Shown here: piece by piece, positions 8,625 through 17,917 of the stretch
Numbering within the stretch: position 1 is the first letter of the stretch
Layout of the letters: each line of letters starts with the position of its first letter
NCBI GenBank assembly: GCA_046545955.1
Contig: JBKGYS010000003.1
Span: 1-48,898, forward strand
Direction: 5' to 3'
Source: Spirochaetales bacterium
Lineage (GTDB): Bacteria; Spirochaetota; Spirochaetia; DSM-27196; SKKC01
DNA length: 48,898 bases
Position numbers and translations under genes: made by a program
The notes under the pieces: generated by a model
Seen by the model: only the letters and a program-made list of their open reading frames with translations
Databases searched by the model: none
What the model was told of the DNA's origin: nothing

Positions 8625-10067
8625 ATGGGTATATTAAGGGCGATGATGCGAAACGCTACTATCCTAACCGTCGTGGGGGCAGTACTTCTTCTCGGGGTAT
8701 ACGCGCCTCCGCTATCGGCTCAAAATAACGATCCACTCCAGCTCGATGCTGACCTCGCAGTAGAAATGGCGCTTCAGCGCAACCTCGGAATTCGAACGCA
8801 GGAACTTGAAGTCATGATCGAGGAGCGTAACTATGCCGACCGGTGGAATGTATTTCTGCCGCAGATAAGCGCCCGGGGAACGCTTTCCCGGGCGAACGAG
8901 GAGCAGGAGGGACAGGCGGACGTAGAGGACCTCATCGAGGCGGCCCCCGATCCGACGGAGGCCCCGCTCGAACCGGAGGAACCTCCCGAACCGGAGGACC
9001 CTCCTCGGTGGAATCTAAGCACCAATCTGGATATCAGCCTCACGTTAACCCGCCAGATGATCGACGGGCTGCGCGCGCGCGCAAGCGCGCTTGAAACCGC
9101 CGAAATCAGCCTCCGCGAGGCTCGCCGGGAAACCGAGCGTGAGGTACGCCTGTCCTTCTATGAGCTCCTTCTGCAGCAGGAGCAGATCCGGCTTGCCGAG
9201 CGCCGCCTTGCCGAAGCCGAACAGCGCTACGAAGAAGCGCAGGAGGACTACGAGGATGGCGTAATCGACGAGTTTACCCTTTTGTCTACTCAGGTCAATC
9301 TCGAAAACCAGCGGCCGGCGCTCAGGCGTCAACGGCAGGGCTACGACGCGGCAATGCGGCAGTTCGCGCTGAGTATCGGCGTTCCGCCGGAAGAAGAGCT
9401 CGAGCTCGAAGGGGAAATCGGCGTAGATCCGGTCGATCTACTCGAAGAGAACAGGCTCCGGTCGCTGATAGGGGGCAACGCGGACGTTCGCGAAGCGCGC
9501 CGCGGGATCGAACAGACAGAACTTTCGCTGGACTCGACGGTTTCCGGCATGTATCCCACGCTTACCCTTGCGTACAACGTGGATCCGGGTCTTACCGGCG
9601 ATCCGTTCTCGAGCGATCTGTTTGAATCCGACAACTGGGGCCAGCGAAGCGGAGCATTCAGCATAGCGCTGAATGTACCGATTGACCCGCTTCTTCCGCG
9701 TTCATCGACCCGAACCGACATCGCAGAGCAGGAGCGACAGATCGAGCAGGGCGAGATCGCCGTGCAGCAGGCCATCGACGGCGCGCAAAGCAGCCTTGTT
9801 TCGCTTGTCGATACGCTCGAGATAACCCTCGATTCGATGGAGTCGGTCGGTCTCAACGTCGAGCTTGCCGAGCGGGCGCTCGAGCTCGCCGAGGAAGGCT
9901 ACGACAGCGGCTTCCGCGATATTTCGGATGTGCGCGACGCCGAAATCGACCTTATCGACGCACGGCTCGACCTTTTGGAGGAGCAGTTTAACTACCGCGA
10001 GGCGCTCGTCGAACTGCAGTTCCTGCTCGACACACCGCTTTCAGAGTTCACGGAGACAGAAGAATGA
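8625..10067 (+). CDS. TolC-family outer membrane efflux protein
   Basis: Signal peptide (true start possibly 8643/8646), AVEMALQRN, FLPQISARGT, VRLSFYELLL, YPTLTLAY; two OEP repeats; first gene of a TolC-MFP-RND operon. Confidence 0.88.
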   Translation: MGILRAMMRNATILTVVGAVLLLGVYAPPLSAQNNDPLQLDADLAVEMALQRNLGIRTQELEVMIEERNYADRWNVFLPQISARGTLSRANEEQEGQADVEDLIEAAPDPTEAPLEPEEPPEPEDPPRWNLSTNLDISLTLTRQMIDGLRARASALETAEISLREARRETEREVRLSFYELLLQQEQIRLAERRLAEAEQRYEEAQEDYEDGVIDEFTLLSTQVNLENQRPALRRQRQGYDAAMRQFALSIGVPPEEELELEGEIGVDPVDLLEENRLRSLIGGNADVREARRGIEQTELSLDSTVSGMYPTLTLAYNVDPGLTGDPFSSDLFESDNWGQRSGAFSIALNVPIDPLLPRSSTRTDIAEQERQIEQGEIAVQQAIDGAQSSLVSLVDTLEITLDSMESVGLNVELAERALELAEEGYDSGFRDISDVRDAEIDLIDARLDLLEEQFNYREALVELQFLLDTPLSEFTETEE

Positions 10068-10984
10068 ATCGATTACGACAGCGCACGTTGCGCATTATTT
10101 CCATAACGGGCCTCTCCATGCTCGTGGTGCTCGCCTGCACGCCAGGCGAAGAGCCCACGACCGAAAGCGAGGACGAAGAACGCCTCGCCGTCGAGGTCGA
10201 AGAGACCGAAGAAAGCACCATCGAGGACACGATTTACCTGACCGGAGAGATCGAACCGACGACGAGCGTAGAGGTTATCTCGGACCAGGCCGGTGAAGTT
10301 ACCGAGCTGTTTGTCGATATCGGAGACCGGGTCCGCAGGGACGAGGTCATCGCCCGGATCGATCCGTCGCGACCGGGACAGCGGTTCGCGACTGCGTCCG
10401 TGCGAGCCCCTGTCGCGGGCACCATTACCTCACTTGCCGTTCGGACCGGATCGAACGTCAGCCAGGGGACCCCGCTCGGTCAGCTGGCATCGACCGACGA
10501 TCTCGAGATTAACACCTACGTTCCCGAGCGGCGAATAGGCACGCTGAGCCTCGGGCAGGAAGCCAATGTCGAGCTCGATGCGTTCCCCGGGGAACGCTAC
10601 AGCGCATCCGTCTCGCGGATCGCTCCCGGACTCGATCAGGCAAGCCGGGCGCTCGGCGCGACACTGCGCTTCAACGACGCGGATTCGCGGATTAGACCGG
10701 GAATGTTTGCCCGCATCGACCTGATAGTCGATCAGCGTGAGGGCGCTATTACCGTTCCTCAACGGGCGATAGTCCGGCGCGCGGAAGGCGACTTTGTTTA
10801 CGTGGTCGACGACGATGGCCGCGCCGAGCGCCGTACGGTGACCCTCGGCTTCGAGACGGAAGGCCGGGTAGAAGTCACCGACGGGGTATCGGCCGGCGAA
10901 GAGGTGGTCACCCGGGGGCAAAACCTCGTGCAGGACGGGGCGTTGCTCGAAATTGTGGATTTTGACGCGGGACTGGCGGAATAA
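10064..10984 (+). CDS. RND efflux periplasmic adaptor (MFP), lipoprotein, lacking alpha-hairpin (BesA-like)
   Basis: Lipobox VLAC; lipoyl halves GEVTELFVDIGDRV..VIARID and VRAPVAGTI joined by only about 12 aa; RIRPGMFAR, ITVPQRAIV, VEVTDGVSAGEEVVTRG; ATGA overlap. Confidence 0.9.
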   Translation: MNRLRQRTLRIISITGLSMLVVLACTPGEEPTTESEDEERLAVEVEETEESTIEDTIYLTGEIEPTTSVEVISDQAGEVTELFVDIGDRVRRDEVIARIDPSRPGQRFATASVRAPVAGTITSLAVRTGSNVSQGTPLGQLASTDDLEINTYVPERRIGTLSLGQEANVELDAFPGERYSASVSRIAPGLDQASRALGATLRFNDADSRIRPGMFARIDLIVDQREGAITVPQRAIVRRAEGDFVYVVDDDGRAERRTVTLGFETEGRVEVTDGVSAGEEVVTRGQNLVQDGALLEIVDFDAGLAE

Positions 10985-13900
10985 TGCTAACACGGACTAT
11001 CGTAAACCGACCGACCACGTTTTTTATCGTATTTGCGCTCATAACCGGCTTCGGGCTTTACACCGCGCTCGATCTTCCGCTCGATCTGTTCCCCGAAATC
11101 GAGCCGTCGGTCCTTGTTGTCCAGACCGACTACGAGGGGGCGAGCCCCGAAGAGGTGGAACGGACTATCACCCGCCCACTCGAAGGAGCGCTCAGCAATG
11201 TCAGCAACCTGAACCAGGTCAGCTCCACATCTTCGCGTGGAAACAGCCAGATTGAGCTCGAGTTCACGTGGGGGACGAATATGGACGCGGCCACCAACGA
11301 GGTTCGCGACCGTCTCGACCCGGTCCGGAATGCGCTTCCGGATGATTCGGGCTCGCCGAGTATTTTCCGGTTCGACCCTTCACTTATTCCAATTCTGGAC
11401 CTTCGGATGGCCGGTGAGAGAACGCCGGAAGAGCTGCGTGAGCTCGCGCAGGACATTGTAGAGCCCGAAATCGAAAAGCTCGATGGTATCGCGCTCACGA
11501 GCATTTCGGGAGGCCGCGAGCGGGTCATTCGCACCGACATCGATCGCGAGCGGCTCGACGCGTACGGACTCACCCTGACCAGGGTACGCCAGGCGCTTCA
11601 AAGCCAGAACGTGCAGTTTTCCGGGGGTACCATCCAGGAGGGAGAAACCGAGTACACTGTCGAAACGGCCGGACGCTTCACCTCCGTCGACGAGCTGCGG
11701 CGAGCGGTTGTAACGCTTGTCTCTGTTGAACGGCAGGACGGCCCGCCGATACAGGTTCCCGTGCGCCTCGGCGACCTCGGCACCGTAGAGGAAGGTTTCC
11801 GGCCGCAACAGAGCGCGGTGTACATTAACGGCGAACCGGGCGTCTCGATTTCGGTGCAGAAACAGAGCGACGCGAACTCCGTCGACGCCGCGGACAGCGT
11901 AATCAACGGGCTCGACCGAATAAACGATCAGCTTCCTGGCGATGTCAGGCTCGAGGTAATTTCGGACACCACCGAAATTATCCGCAATTCGCTGCGAACC
12001 GTCTCCAATCAGGCAATCAGCGGCGGAATTCTCGCGGTCATTGTGCTGTTTTTCTTTCTGCGAAGCTCCAAGGCAACCGCGGTAGTCGCGGTAAGCATTC
12101 CTACCTCGATAATTTTCACCATCACGCTCATGTACTTCTTCGGCCTGACGTTGAACATAATGACGCTCGCCGGATTGGCGTTGGGGGTGGGACTGCTTGT
12201 CGACAACTCGATCGTTATTCTCGAAAACATTTACCGCTATCGGGAAAAAGGCACGAAGCTTCGGCCGGCCGCCGTTCTCGGTACGCAGGAGATGACTAAC
12301 GCCATAGTCGCGTCCACCCTTACCACGATAACCGTATTTCTGCCGGTGGCGTTTTTTCGCGACCAGCTCGACTTCATCGGCGAGCTTTTCGCCGGTCTCT
12401 CGTTCACCGTCGTTATCTCGCTTTCGGCTTCGCTTCTGGTGGCCATATTTCTTGTGCCGGTTCTGTCGAGCCATTACTTTCCGCTTGTTTCGAGGACCCA
12501 GCGCCCGAAACGCGGAGTGTTCGACGCGCTCGATCTCCGGATGGAACGGATGTTTACCGCGCTCGATACCGCCTATAAGCAATCGCTCGCGGCTGTACTG
12601 CGACATAAGGCGATCACGGTGATCGTCATAGTGGCGCTGTTTCTCGGAAGTCTCGCGCTGCTTCCTGGAACCGGATTCGAGCTTCTTCCGGACCAGGAAC
12701 AGGACAACGTCACCGTAGATGTAGAACTGCCGGTCGGAACGCGACTCGAGGTTACCGAGCAGGTACTCGAGGATTTCGAAGCCATAGTACAGCGTGAAAT
12801 CGAAGGCTACGAAGATATCGTGCTGAACGTGGGCGGTGGGGGTTTCTTCGGTGGGTCGAACTCAAACTCAGGATCTATTCAGATTACCCTGCCGCCGTTC
12901 GAAGAGCGAGTGGAAACGGCGACCGAAGTTCAGGAAATACTCAGAGGCTATTTGGGGCGGTTTCCGGGAGCCGAAATTACATTCGGCGGCGGCGGCGGTC
13001 CCGGCGGCGGTGGCAACATAGGCGGCGGGGCTCCGATCGATATCCGAATACGTTCGGAAAACCTCGAGCGCAGCCGTGATATCGCCGAGCAGATCCGTTC
13101 GCTTATCGCTTCGGAGGTGCCTGACGCGGTGGATCCGGAGCTGAACATCTCCGAAGGGCTCCCGCAGGTCAATGTTAATGTCGACCGCGAACGGGCGTAT
13201 TCGCTCGGGCTCGATATGGCGTCCATAGGAGAGGAAGTCCGCGCGAATATCGACGGCGTCACCGCCTCCCAGCTCGAGCTCGACGGCACCGAAACCGACA
13301 TATTCCTTATCCTCGAGGAACAGGACCGGCTCGCCGTGCCGGACCTCAATCGTATCTACGTCGACAACCAGGCGGGTACGCGCATTCCCCTTTCCAACTT
13401 CGCTTCGCTCGAGCGGACGACCGGCCCGGTCAGCATCCGCAGAACGAACCAGGCACGCGAAATTCAGCTCACCGCCGGTCTCGCCGACGGGGCCACGGCG
13501 GCGCAGGTCGAACCGCAGATACGCGAACTCGTAGACGAGCGGATACCACCGGAGGACGGTGTTACGATAGACTTCAGCGGCGAGCTCGAGGACATTATCG
13601 ACTACGGGACTACGTTTATCGGGATCATTATTGTTGCGTTGCTTCTCGTATACGGTGTTATGGCGGCTCAGTTCGAGTCGTTCCGCGATCCGTTCATTAT
13701 CTTTCTTTCGATTCCGCTGACGCTTATAGGGGTCATCGGTATCCACGACTGGGCTGGGGTGAACTTGAGTATTTTCACCGCGGTAGGCCTTGTCATGCTC
13801 GTAGGCATTGTAGTGAACAACGGAATCGTCCTCGTAGACTACATAAATCTGCTGCGGGCACGAGGCGAACCTCTTGTTCGCGCGTGTGTGGACGCGGGCG

Positions 13901-14193
13901 GGAACCGATTGCGTCCGATACTTATGACTACGCTTACAACCGTGCTCGGGCTCGTTCCGATTGCCTTTCTAAGCGGCGAAGGATCCGAGCTCATTCAGCC
14001 GATCGCGCTTACCGTCATCGGCGGCTTGAGTGTGAGTACGCTTTTGACCCTCTTCTTCGTACCGACGCTTTACGCTGCCTTTAACGCCGGTGACGACAAG
14101 CGAAAGCGCAGGCGCGAGCAGAAACTCGAGCGGCAGTTCGAGTCGCACGAGTTCGACGCATCCATTGTGGACAATTCGGAGGATCAGTCTTGA
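10984..14193 (+). CDS. RND efflux permease (AcrB/SwrC-type HAE1)
   Basis: LDLFPEI, GASPEEVERTITRPLE, TM4 GLLVDNSIVILENI, MAAQFESFRDPFII, TM10 GIVVNNGIVLVD, RLRPILMTTLTT. Confidence 0.95.
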   Translation: MLTRTIVNRPTTFFIVFALITGFGLYTALDLPLDLFPEIEPSVLVVQTDYEGASPEEVERTITRPLEGALSNVSNLNQVSSTSSRGNSQIELEFTWGTNMDAATNEVRDRLDPVRNALPDDSGSPSIFRFDPSLIPILDLRMAGERTPEELRELAQDIVEPEIEKLDGIALTSISGGRERVIRTDIDRERLDAYGLTLTRVRQALQSQNVQFSGGTIQEGETEYTVETAGRFTSVDELRRAVVTLVSVERQDGPPIQVPVRLGDLGTVEEGFRPQQSAVYINGEPGVSISVQKQSDANSVDAADSVINGLDRINDQLPGDVRLEVISDTTEIIRNSLRTVSNQAISGGILAVIVLFFFLRSSKATAVVAVSIPTSIIFTITLMYFFGLTLNIMTLAGLALGVGLLVDNSIVILENIYRYREKGTKLRPAAVLGTQEMTNAIVASTLTTITVFLPVAFFRDQLDFIGELFAGLSFTVVISLSASLLVAIFLVPVLSSHYFPLVSRTQRPKRGVFDALDLRMERMFTALDTAYKQSLAAVLRHKAITVIVIVALFLGSLALLPGTGFELLPDQEQDNVTVDVELPVGTRLEVTEQVLEDFEAIVQREIEGYEDIVLNVGGGGFFGGSNSNSGSIQITLPPFEERVETATEVQEILRGYLGRFPGAEITFGGGGGPGGGGNIGGGAPIDIRIRSENLERSRDIAEQIRSLIASEVPDAVDPELNISEGLPQVNVNVDRERAYSLGLDMASIGEEVRANIDGVTASQLELDGTETDIFLILEEQDRLAVPDLNRIYVDNQAGTRIPLSNFASLERTTGPVSIRRTNQAREIQLTAGLADGATAAQVEPQIRELVDERIPPEDGVTIDFSGELEDIIDYGTTFIGIIIVALLLVYGVMAAQFESFRDPFIIFLSIPLTLIGVIGIHDWAGVNLSIFTAVGLVMLVGIVVNNGIVLVDYINLLRARGEPLVRACVDAGGNRLRPILMTTLTTVLGLVPIAFLSGEGSELIQPIALTVIGGLSVSTLLTLFFVPTLYAAFNAGDDKRKRRREQKLERQFESHEFDASIVDNSEDQS

Positions 14194-14483
14194 CACGTAC
14201 CGAAATTATCACGAATCGCGCGATAGAAGAGGATTTGATGGAAGCGCTTACCGCGACCGGCGTGGCGGGCTATCACACCCGCATTCCGGGCGTGCATGGT
14301 ATCGGAAACAGCGGCGAGCGCAGGGGCGACCATGTGTGGCCCGAGGAAAATGTTCTATTTCTCTTCTACAGCGAAAAAGCTACGGCCGAACAGATCATCT
14401 CGGCGGTCAGGAAGGTGAAAGGGCGATTCCCCAACGAGGGGATCCGCCTCTTTCAATTCGAGGCGGAGGTAACGGAAGTCTGA
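14190..14483 (+). CDS. PG0541-family transporter-associated protein (PII-like fold)
   Basis: TTGA overlap with RND stop; HTRIPGVHGIGNSGERRGDHVWPEEN...FPNEGIRLF resembles this RND-linked family. Confidence 0.75.
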   Translation: MTRTEIITNRAIEEDLMEALTATGVAGYHTRIPGVHGIGNSGERRGDHVWPEENVLFLFYSEKATAEQIISAVRKVKGRFPNEGIRLFQFEAEVTEV

Positions 14484-14498
14484 CGTGTTCGCGGCGAC

Positions 14499-14744
14499 TT
14501 ATGTGCCTCCGGTCTCGTCGTCCGACTCGTGCTCGGTTTCGTCGTCGGAGTCGTCCTCTTCTTCAACAAACCGTTGATCTACTGGACCACCGGGATTCAG
14601 GTATTCCAGATACGAGGTATCCTCGGTGTTGCCTTCGCCTTCCTCCGATGATTTATTCTGGCGACGTGCCATTTTGTCTTCGCGCTTTCGCTTCTTCTGG
14701 AGCTCGCGACGTCGTTTATCACCCTTGAATGAGCGTTTGGGCAC
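14499..14744 (-). CDS. Small hypothetical protein, basic N-half and acidic C-half (81 aa)
   Basis: AGGAGG RBS then GTG at 14744; KRRRELQKKRKREDKMARR ... EEEDDSDDETEHESDDE. Confidence 0.65.
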   Translation of the reverse strand: MPKRSFKGDKRRRELQKKRKREDKMARRQNKSSEEGEGNTEDTSYLEYLNPGGPVDQRFVEEEDDSDDETEHESDDETGGT

Positions 14745-14986
14745 GATGCACCTCCTTTTATAGACACGGGACACGGCACTACCGTTGGGGCCGAAGTTCC
14801 GATTTTGCAGTTACAAGATGTACGGTAAGACGGCTACCGGCCGGACTGATTTCCTAGTACGAAAACCGATACGGCAGCCTCCAAAAAAGGAATGACGATT
14901 TCGGCAGACGACCTCCGAAGACGACTATTCGCGGTAATGTACCGGTCAATCGTCTGTCGGTCGGCCGAATACCGTTCGATTGTTGC

Positions 14987-15019
14987 TGTCCGCGTGCGTC
15001 CGGTTATCGGACGCGGACA
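14987..15019 (-). terminator. GC-rich hairpin just downstream of the RRM gene (terminator or processing site)
   Basis: TGTCCGCGTGCGTCCG-GTTAT-CGGACGCGGACA inverted repeat about 10 nt after the stop; no clear U-tract. Confidence 0.45.
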
Positions 15020-15028
15020 AACCTGCTC

Positions 15029-15349
15029 TTAGAAACGGTCGCGGAATCCACCGTCTCGACCGCCGCCGCCACGGCCGCCACGGCCGCCACCGCGATTATC
15101 TTCGCGCGGACGAGCCTCATTGACTTTCAACGCACGGCCTTCGAAATCCGCACCGTTCAACGCTTCTTCGGCCGACTTGGCGCCGCCCTCATCGGTCATT
15201 TCAACGAACCCGAACCCGCGGGACCGACCCGTATCACGATCGCTGATAATCGAAACCGACGAAACATCGCCGTACTGAGCAAACAGGGATCTGAGATCCT
15301 CTTCCTGAGTTCGGTAATTGAGATTACCTACATAAAGCTTGGTTGCCAT
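15029..15349 (-). CDS. RRM-domain RNA-binding protein with Gly/Arg-rich tail
   Basis: RNP2 LYVGNL, RNP1 RGFGFVEM, DRDTGRSR, LKVNEARPRE, RGG tail. Confidence 0.95.
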   Translation of the reverse strand: MATKLYVGNLNYRTQEEDLRSLFAQYGDVSSVSIISDRDTGRSRGFGFVEMTDEGGAKSAEEALNGADFEGRALKVNEARPREDNRGGGRGGRGGGGRDGGFRDRF

Positions 15350-15580
15350 TATAGCATCCTTTCTCTCGACTGTTTTCGCACCTGACTTTCTAACGTACTA
15401 ACCGCGAAAGTGTGATCCGTCTGATATTTGGCAAATGCTGAATAAACGAACTGGATAGGACACTCACGCCGAGTTCTACACCGGAAATCTCCAAGGAAAA
15501 CAGTCAAGGGGCACCCGGGAAAGGCAGAACGCGAACAATCACTAATCTAAGCAAAGCCCTACGGCTTCATATCAAGGTCG

Positions 15581-15609
15581 ATTATGGCACTATTGGAGGC
15601 GCGTGACAA
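15581..15609 (-). promoter_or_regulatory. sigma70-type promoter for the RRM gene
   Basis: Minus strand TTGTCA-17 bp-CATAAT with TG at the extended -10 position; implies about 225-nt 5' leader. Confidence 0.65.
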
Positions 15610-15675
15610 GTCGGATTTTGCAAGTTTCCTGACGATCGCGTGACATATCTCGGCTGTTTGGCCTAAACTTCGCCG

Positions 15676-16251
15676 GTGATGCGATACCACCTCGCAGGCG
15701 GTAGACGATCGATCAACCCGCTCGGCTTAACCGTGGAATCCGCCATCTCGCGACGCGCCGCGGCCTTCAGGCCGGCTGTTCTTGTGTTATCGATTGTGTT
15801 TCTCGCACTGCTGTCGTGCGAAGACACGCCTCAGCTTCGCGACGGTAGGTATCTTGCAATCTCCGATATCGATCGCGGCGACGGATGGATCGCGTGGTTC
15901 TTTGTAGAGGTCGATGCCGGATCGGTCAGCTCGGCGCGTTTCGATTACGTCCATCGCGACGACGGGCGCATCTACAGCGAGACGAATCGGACAATAAACG
16001 GCGAAGCTGCCGACGCGCTGTTCGGCGATTACGAGCACGCCTTCGCCTCGAAGCCGGGGCCGGACCCCGGTATTGACCGGGGTCCCTCGTCGGTTTCACG
16101 CCACTTTTCCGCGCTTGCCATAGGGATCGTCGAAACATCTACCAGAGGGCAAACCGAACCCGTTCTCGTGAGCGCGCCCGGCGACGGCGAAGCGATTGAC
16201 GCCGAGAAAGTCCTATCCGACCTTCCGATTACAGTTCCCACAGCGGATTGA
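15676..16251 (+). CDS. Lipoprotein resembling the FMN-binding / major membrane immunogen (Tp15/PplA-like) family
   Basis: Lipobox LLSC; LRDGRY...DRGDGW...VEVDAGSVSSARFDY pattern; true start probably downstream of 15676; 3' end overlaps the convergent gene by 23 nt. Confidence 0.55.
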   Translation: MMRYHLAGGRRSINPLGLTVESAISRRAAAFRPAVLVLSIVFLALLSCEDTPQLRDGRYLAISDIDRGDGWIAWFFVEVDAGSVSSARFDYVHRDDGRIYSETNRTINGEAADALFGDYEHAFASKPGPDPGIDRGPSSVSRHFSALAIGIVETSTRGQTEPVLVSAPGDGEAIDAEKVLSDLPITVPTAD

Positions 16252-17833
16252 GTCCCCGCTCGATGCTGCGCGCACTCACGACAAACGGCGCGCCCAATTC
16301 GCGCTCGACCGGGCGAACAATGCGATAGTCGTCGCCGTCGGGCACAAGCCAGACCTGGGAAACGCTGCCATCGCGGAGGGTATATCGCACGTGAATGCTC
16401 GCACGCTCCACCGAGAGGCCTTCTCCTGGCTTCTGCTGCGTTTCACCTTCCGCGCGAACTCCTATTAACCGGGTGAACGCCTCGATAAAATCGCCGCGTG
16501 ACACGCTTCGCGGCTCGTTTTCCTCCGCGTTGGTCTGCTCTTTGTCCCCGACGACAGCGGTCCCGGTCTCGGTAGCAGCGTCTGAATACTCGCTACCGCG
16601 CTCATCTTCAATACGAAAGGTCTGCCGGTCGTCGTCGGCTGTAATGCGGCGACGACCGTCGGCACTGGTAACCGTCAGTGTATCCACCGAGTCGACGGCA
16701 ACGACAAGCGCGAATTTGTCTGCAAGACGAAAGCCGTCGAACTCGTCTAACTGCCCTCTGTGTCGAAGCGTGAACACTGGTGCGTATCCTTCAACGCGAG
16801 CATAGCGCCGCGAAGGCTCGCCCTCGGGATTGTCGCCGAGGAACAGCGTGACCGCGTCGCCGCCCACCGCTGCCATATCCGCCTCCGTCTGCCCGTCGAG
16901 TTCTATGCGAAGTCTCTGTGCCTCGCCGGTCTCCAGTCCGTAGCGACTCAGATCGCCCGGCGCATCGGAGACGAAACGCTCGACGCGAAACGCAGGAAGC
17001 GCATCGAGCATATCTCCGAGCGCCCCGGTGTCGAGGCCGTAGCCGGCCGGATACGGACGCGTAAGAACAAGCTCGGGGTCACGGTAGTCGGCAACAAGGC
17101 GGCGATCGTCGGCGCGCGCCCGCGATTCTATACGCCAGTAGGGCGGCTCGTCGCCACGGGCGAACTCCAGAAGTTCCGTTTTGCCGGGGTCGAAGCTGAA
17201 AAGTCTCCGCTCGCGCAGATCCGAAGCGGTCGTGCGAAGATGATCGACGGCGGACTCGCCGACGATCGCGACCACCCTTCTCCCGCCGGCTTCGAGGAGA
17301 ACGTAGCGTCCGCCGCCGGGCGCCTCGCGGCCGACCACAAGCCTCTCGCTTGTGCCCTGCTCGCCACGAACGAGAATTGTCCGGTCGGGGGTCTCGAAGC
17401 CGAACTCCGCCGACTCACGGGCTTCGCCCTCGGGCCGGTTCGCCGTTTCGGAGATCTCGCGCTCGGATATCACCCGCCGGGGACGGACGGCGAGCACGCG
17501 GGAAACGAGGCGGTCGCGTCGGGACGTATCCAGCGGCCAGTCGTGCTCGTATCCACGCGTTATTCGCCAACCCGCCTCGCCGTCGGGTGCGCGGGCGAAT
17601 ACGAGTTCCTGCGAATCGCCGTTCTGCGAAGCGGGAAGCGTTGAGATAAGCGACTGCACGTCTTCTTCGGTCAGGGTAAAGAGGCGCCCGCGTCCCGACG
17701 ACCGGCGAGCCCCTTCGGCCGAATCGGAGTCAGGCGAATCCTGTGCGGACCGTTCCAGAAAGAGAAGAGCGAAGATGCCTGCAATAATGAGAATGGCGAT
17801 CGAGCTTAGTTTCGCACGTCTTGATAGCTGCAT
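16229..17833 (-). CDS. DUF4340 domain-containing protein
   Basis: Start reassigned to ATG 17833 (MQLSRR.. then one TM anchor); repeated modules AEFGFETP..LVVGREAP and LSRYGL..LFLGD, DLRERRLF; follows a GldG-like gene. Confidence 0.75.
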   Translation of the reverse strand: MQLSRRAKLSSIAILIIAGIFALLFLERSAQDSPDSDSAEGARRSSGRGRLFTLTEEDVQSLISTLPASQNGDSQELVFARAPDGEAGWRITRGYEHDWPLDTSRRDRLVSRVLAVRPRRVISEREISETANRPEGEARESAEFGFETPDRTILVRGEQGTSERLVVGREAPGGGRYVLLEAGGRRVVAIVGESAVDHLRTTASDLRERRLFSFDPGKTELLEFARGDEPPYWRIESRARADDRRLVADYRDPELVLTRPYPAGYGLDTGALGDMLDALPAFRVERFVSDAPGDLSRYGLETGEAQRLRIELDGQTEADMAAVGGDAVTLFLGDNPEGEPSRRYARVEGYAPVFTLRHRGQLDEFDGFRLADKFALVVAVDSVDTLTVTSADGRRRITADDDRQTFRIEDERGSEYSDAATETGTAVVGDKEQTNAEENEPRSVSRGDFIEAFTRLIGVRAEGETQQKPGEGLSVERASIHVRYTLRDGSVSQVWLVPDGDDYRIVRPVERELGAPFVVSARSIERGLNPLWEL

Positions 17834-17917
17834 ACGGTTCCTTCGCTGTGTGGCCGAAGCTGCGGCGCAGGGCGGCTGCCGCCGACGCAGCCGTCCCCGC
17901 AAGGGCTCGGAACGCGC

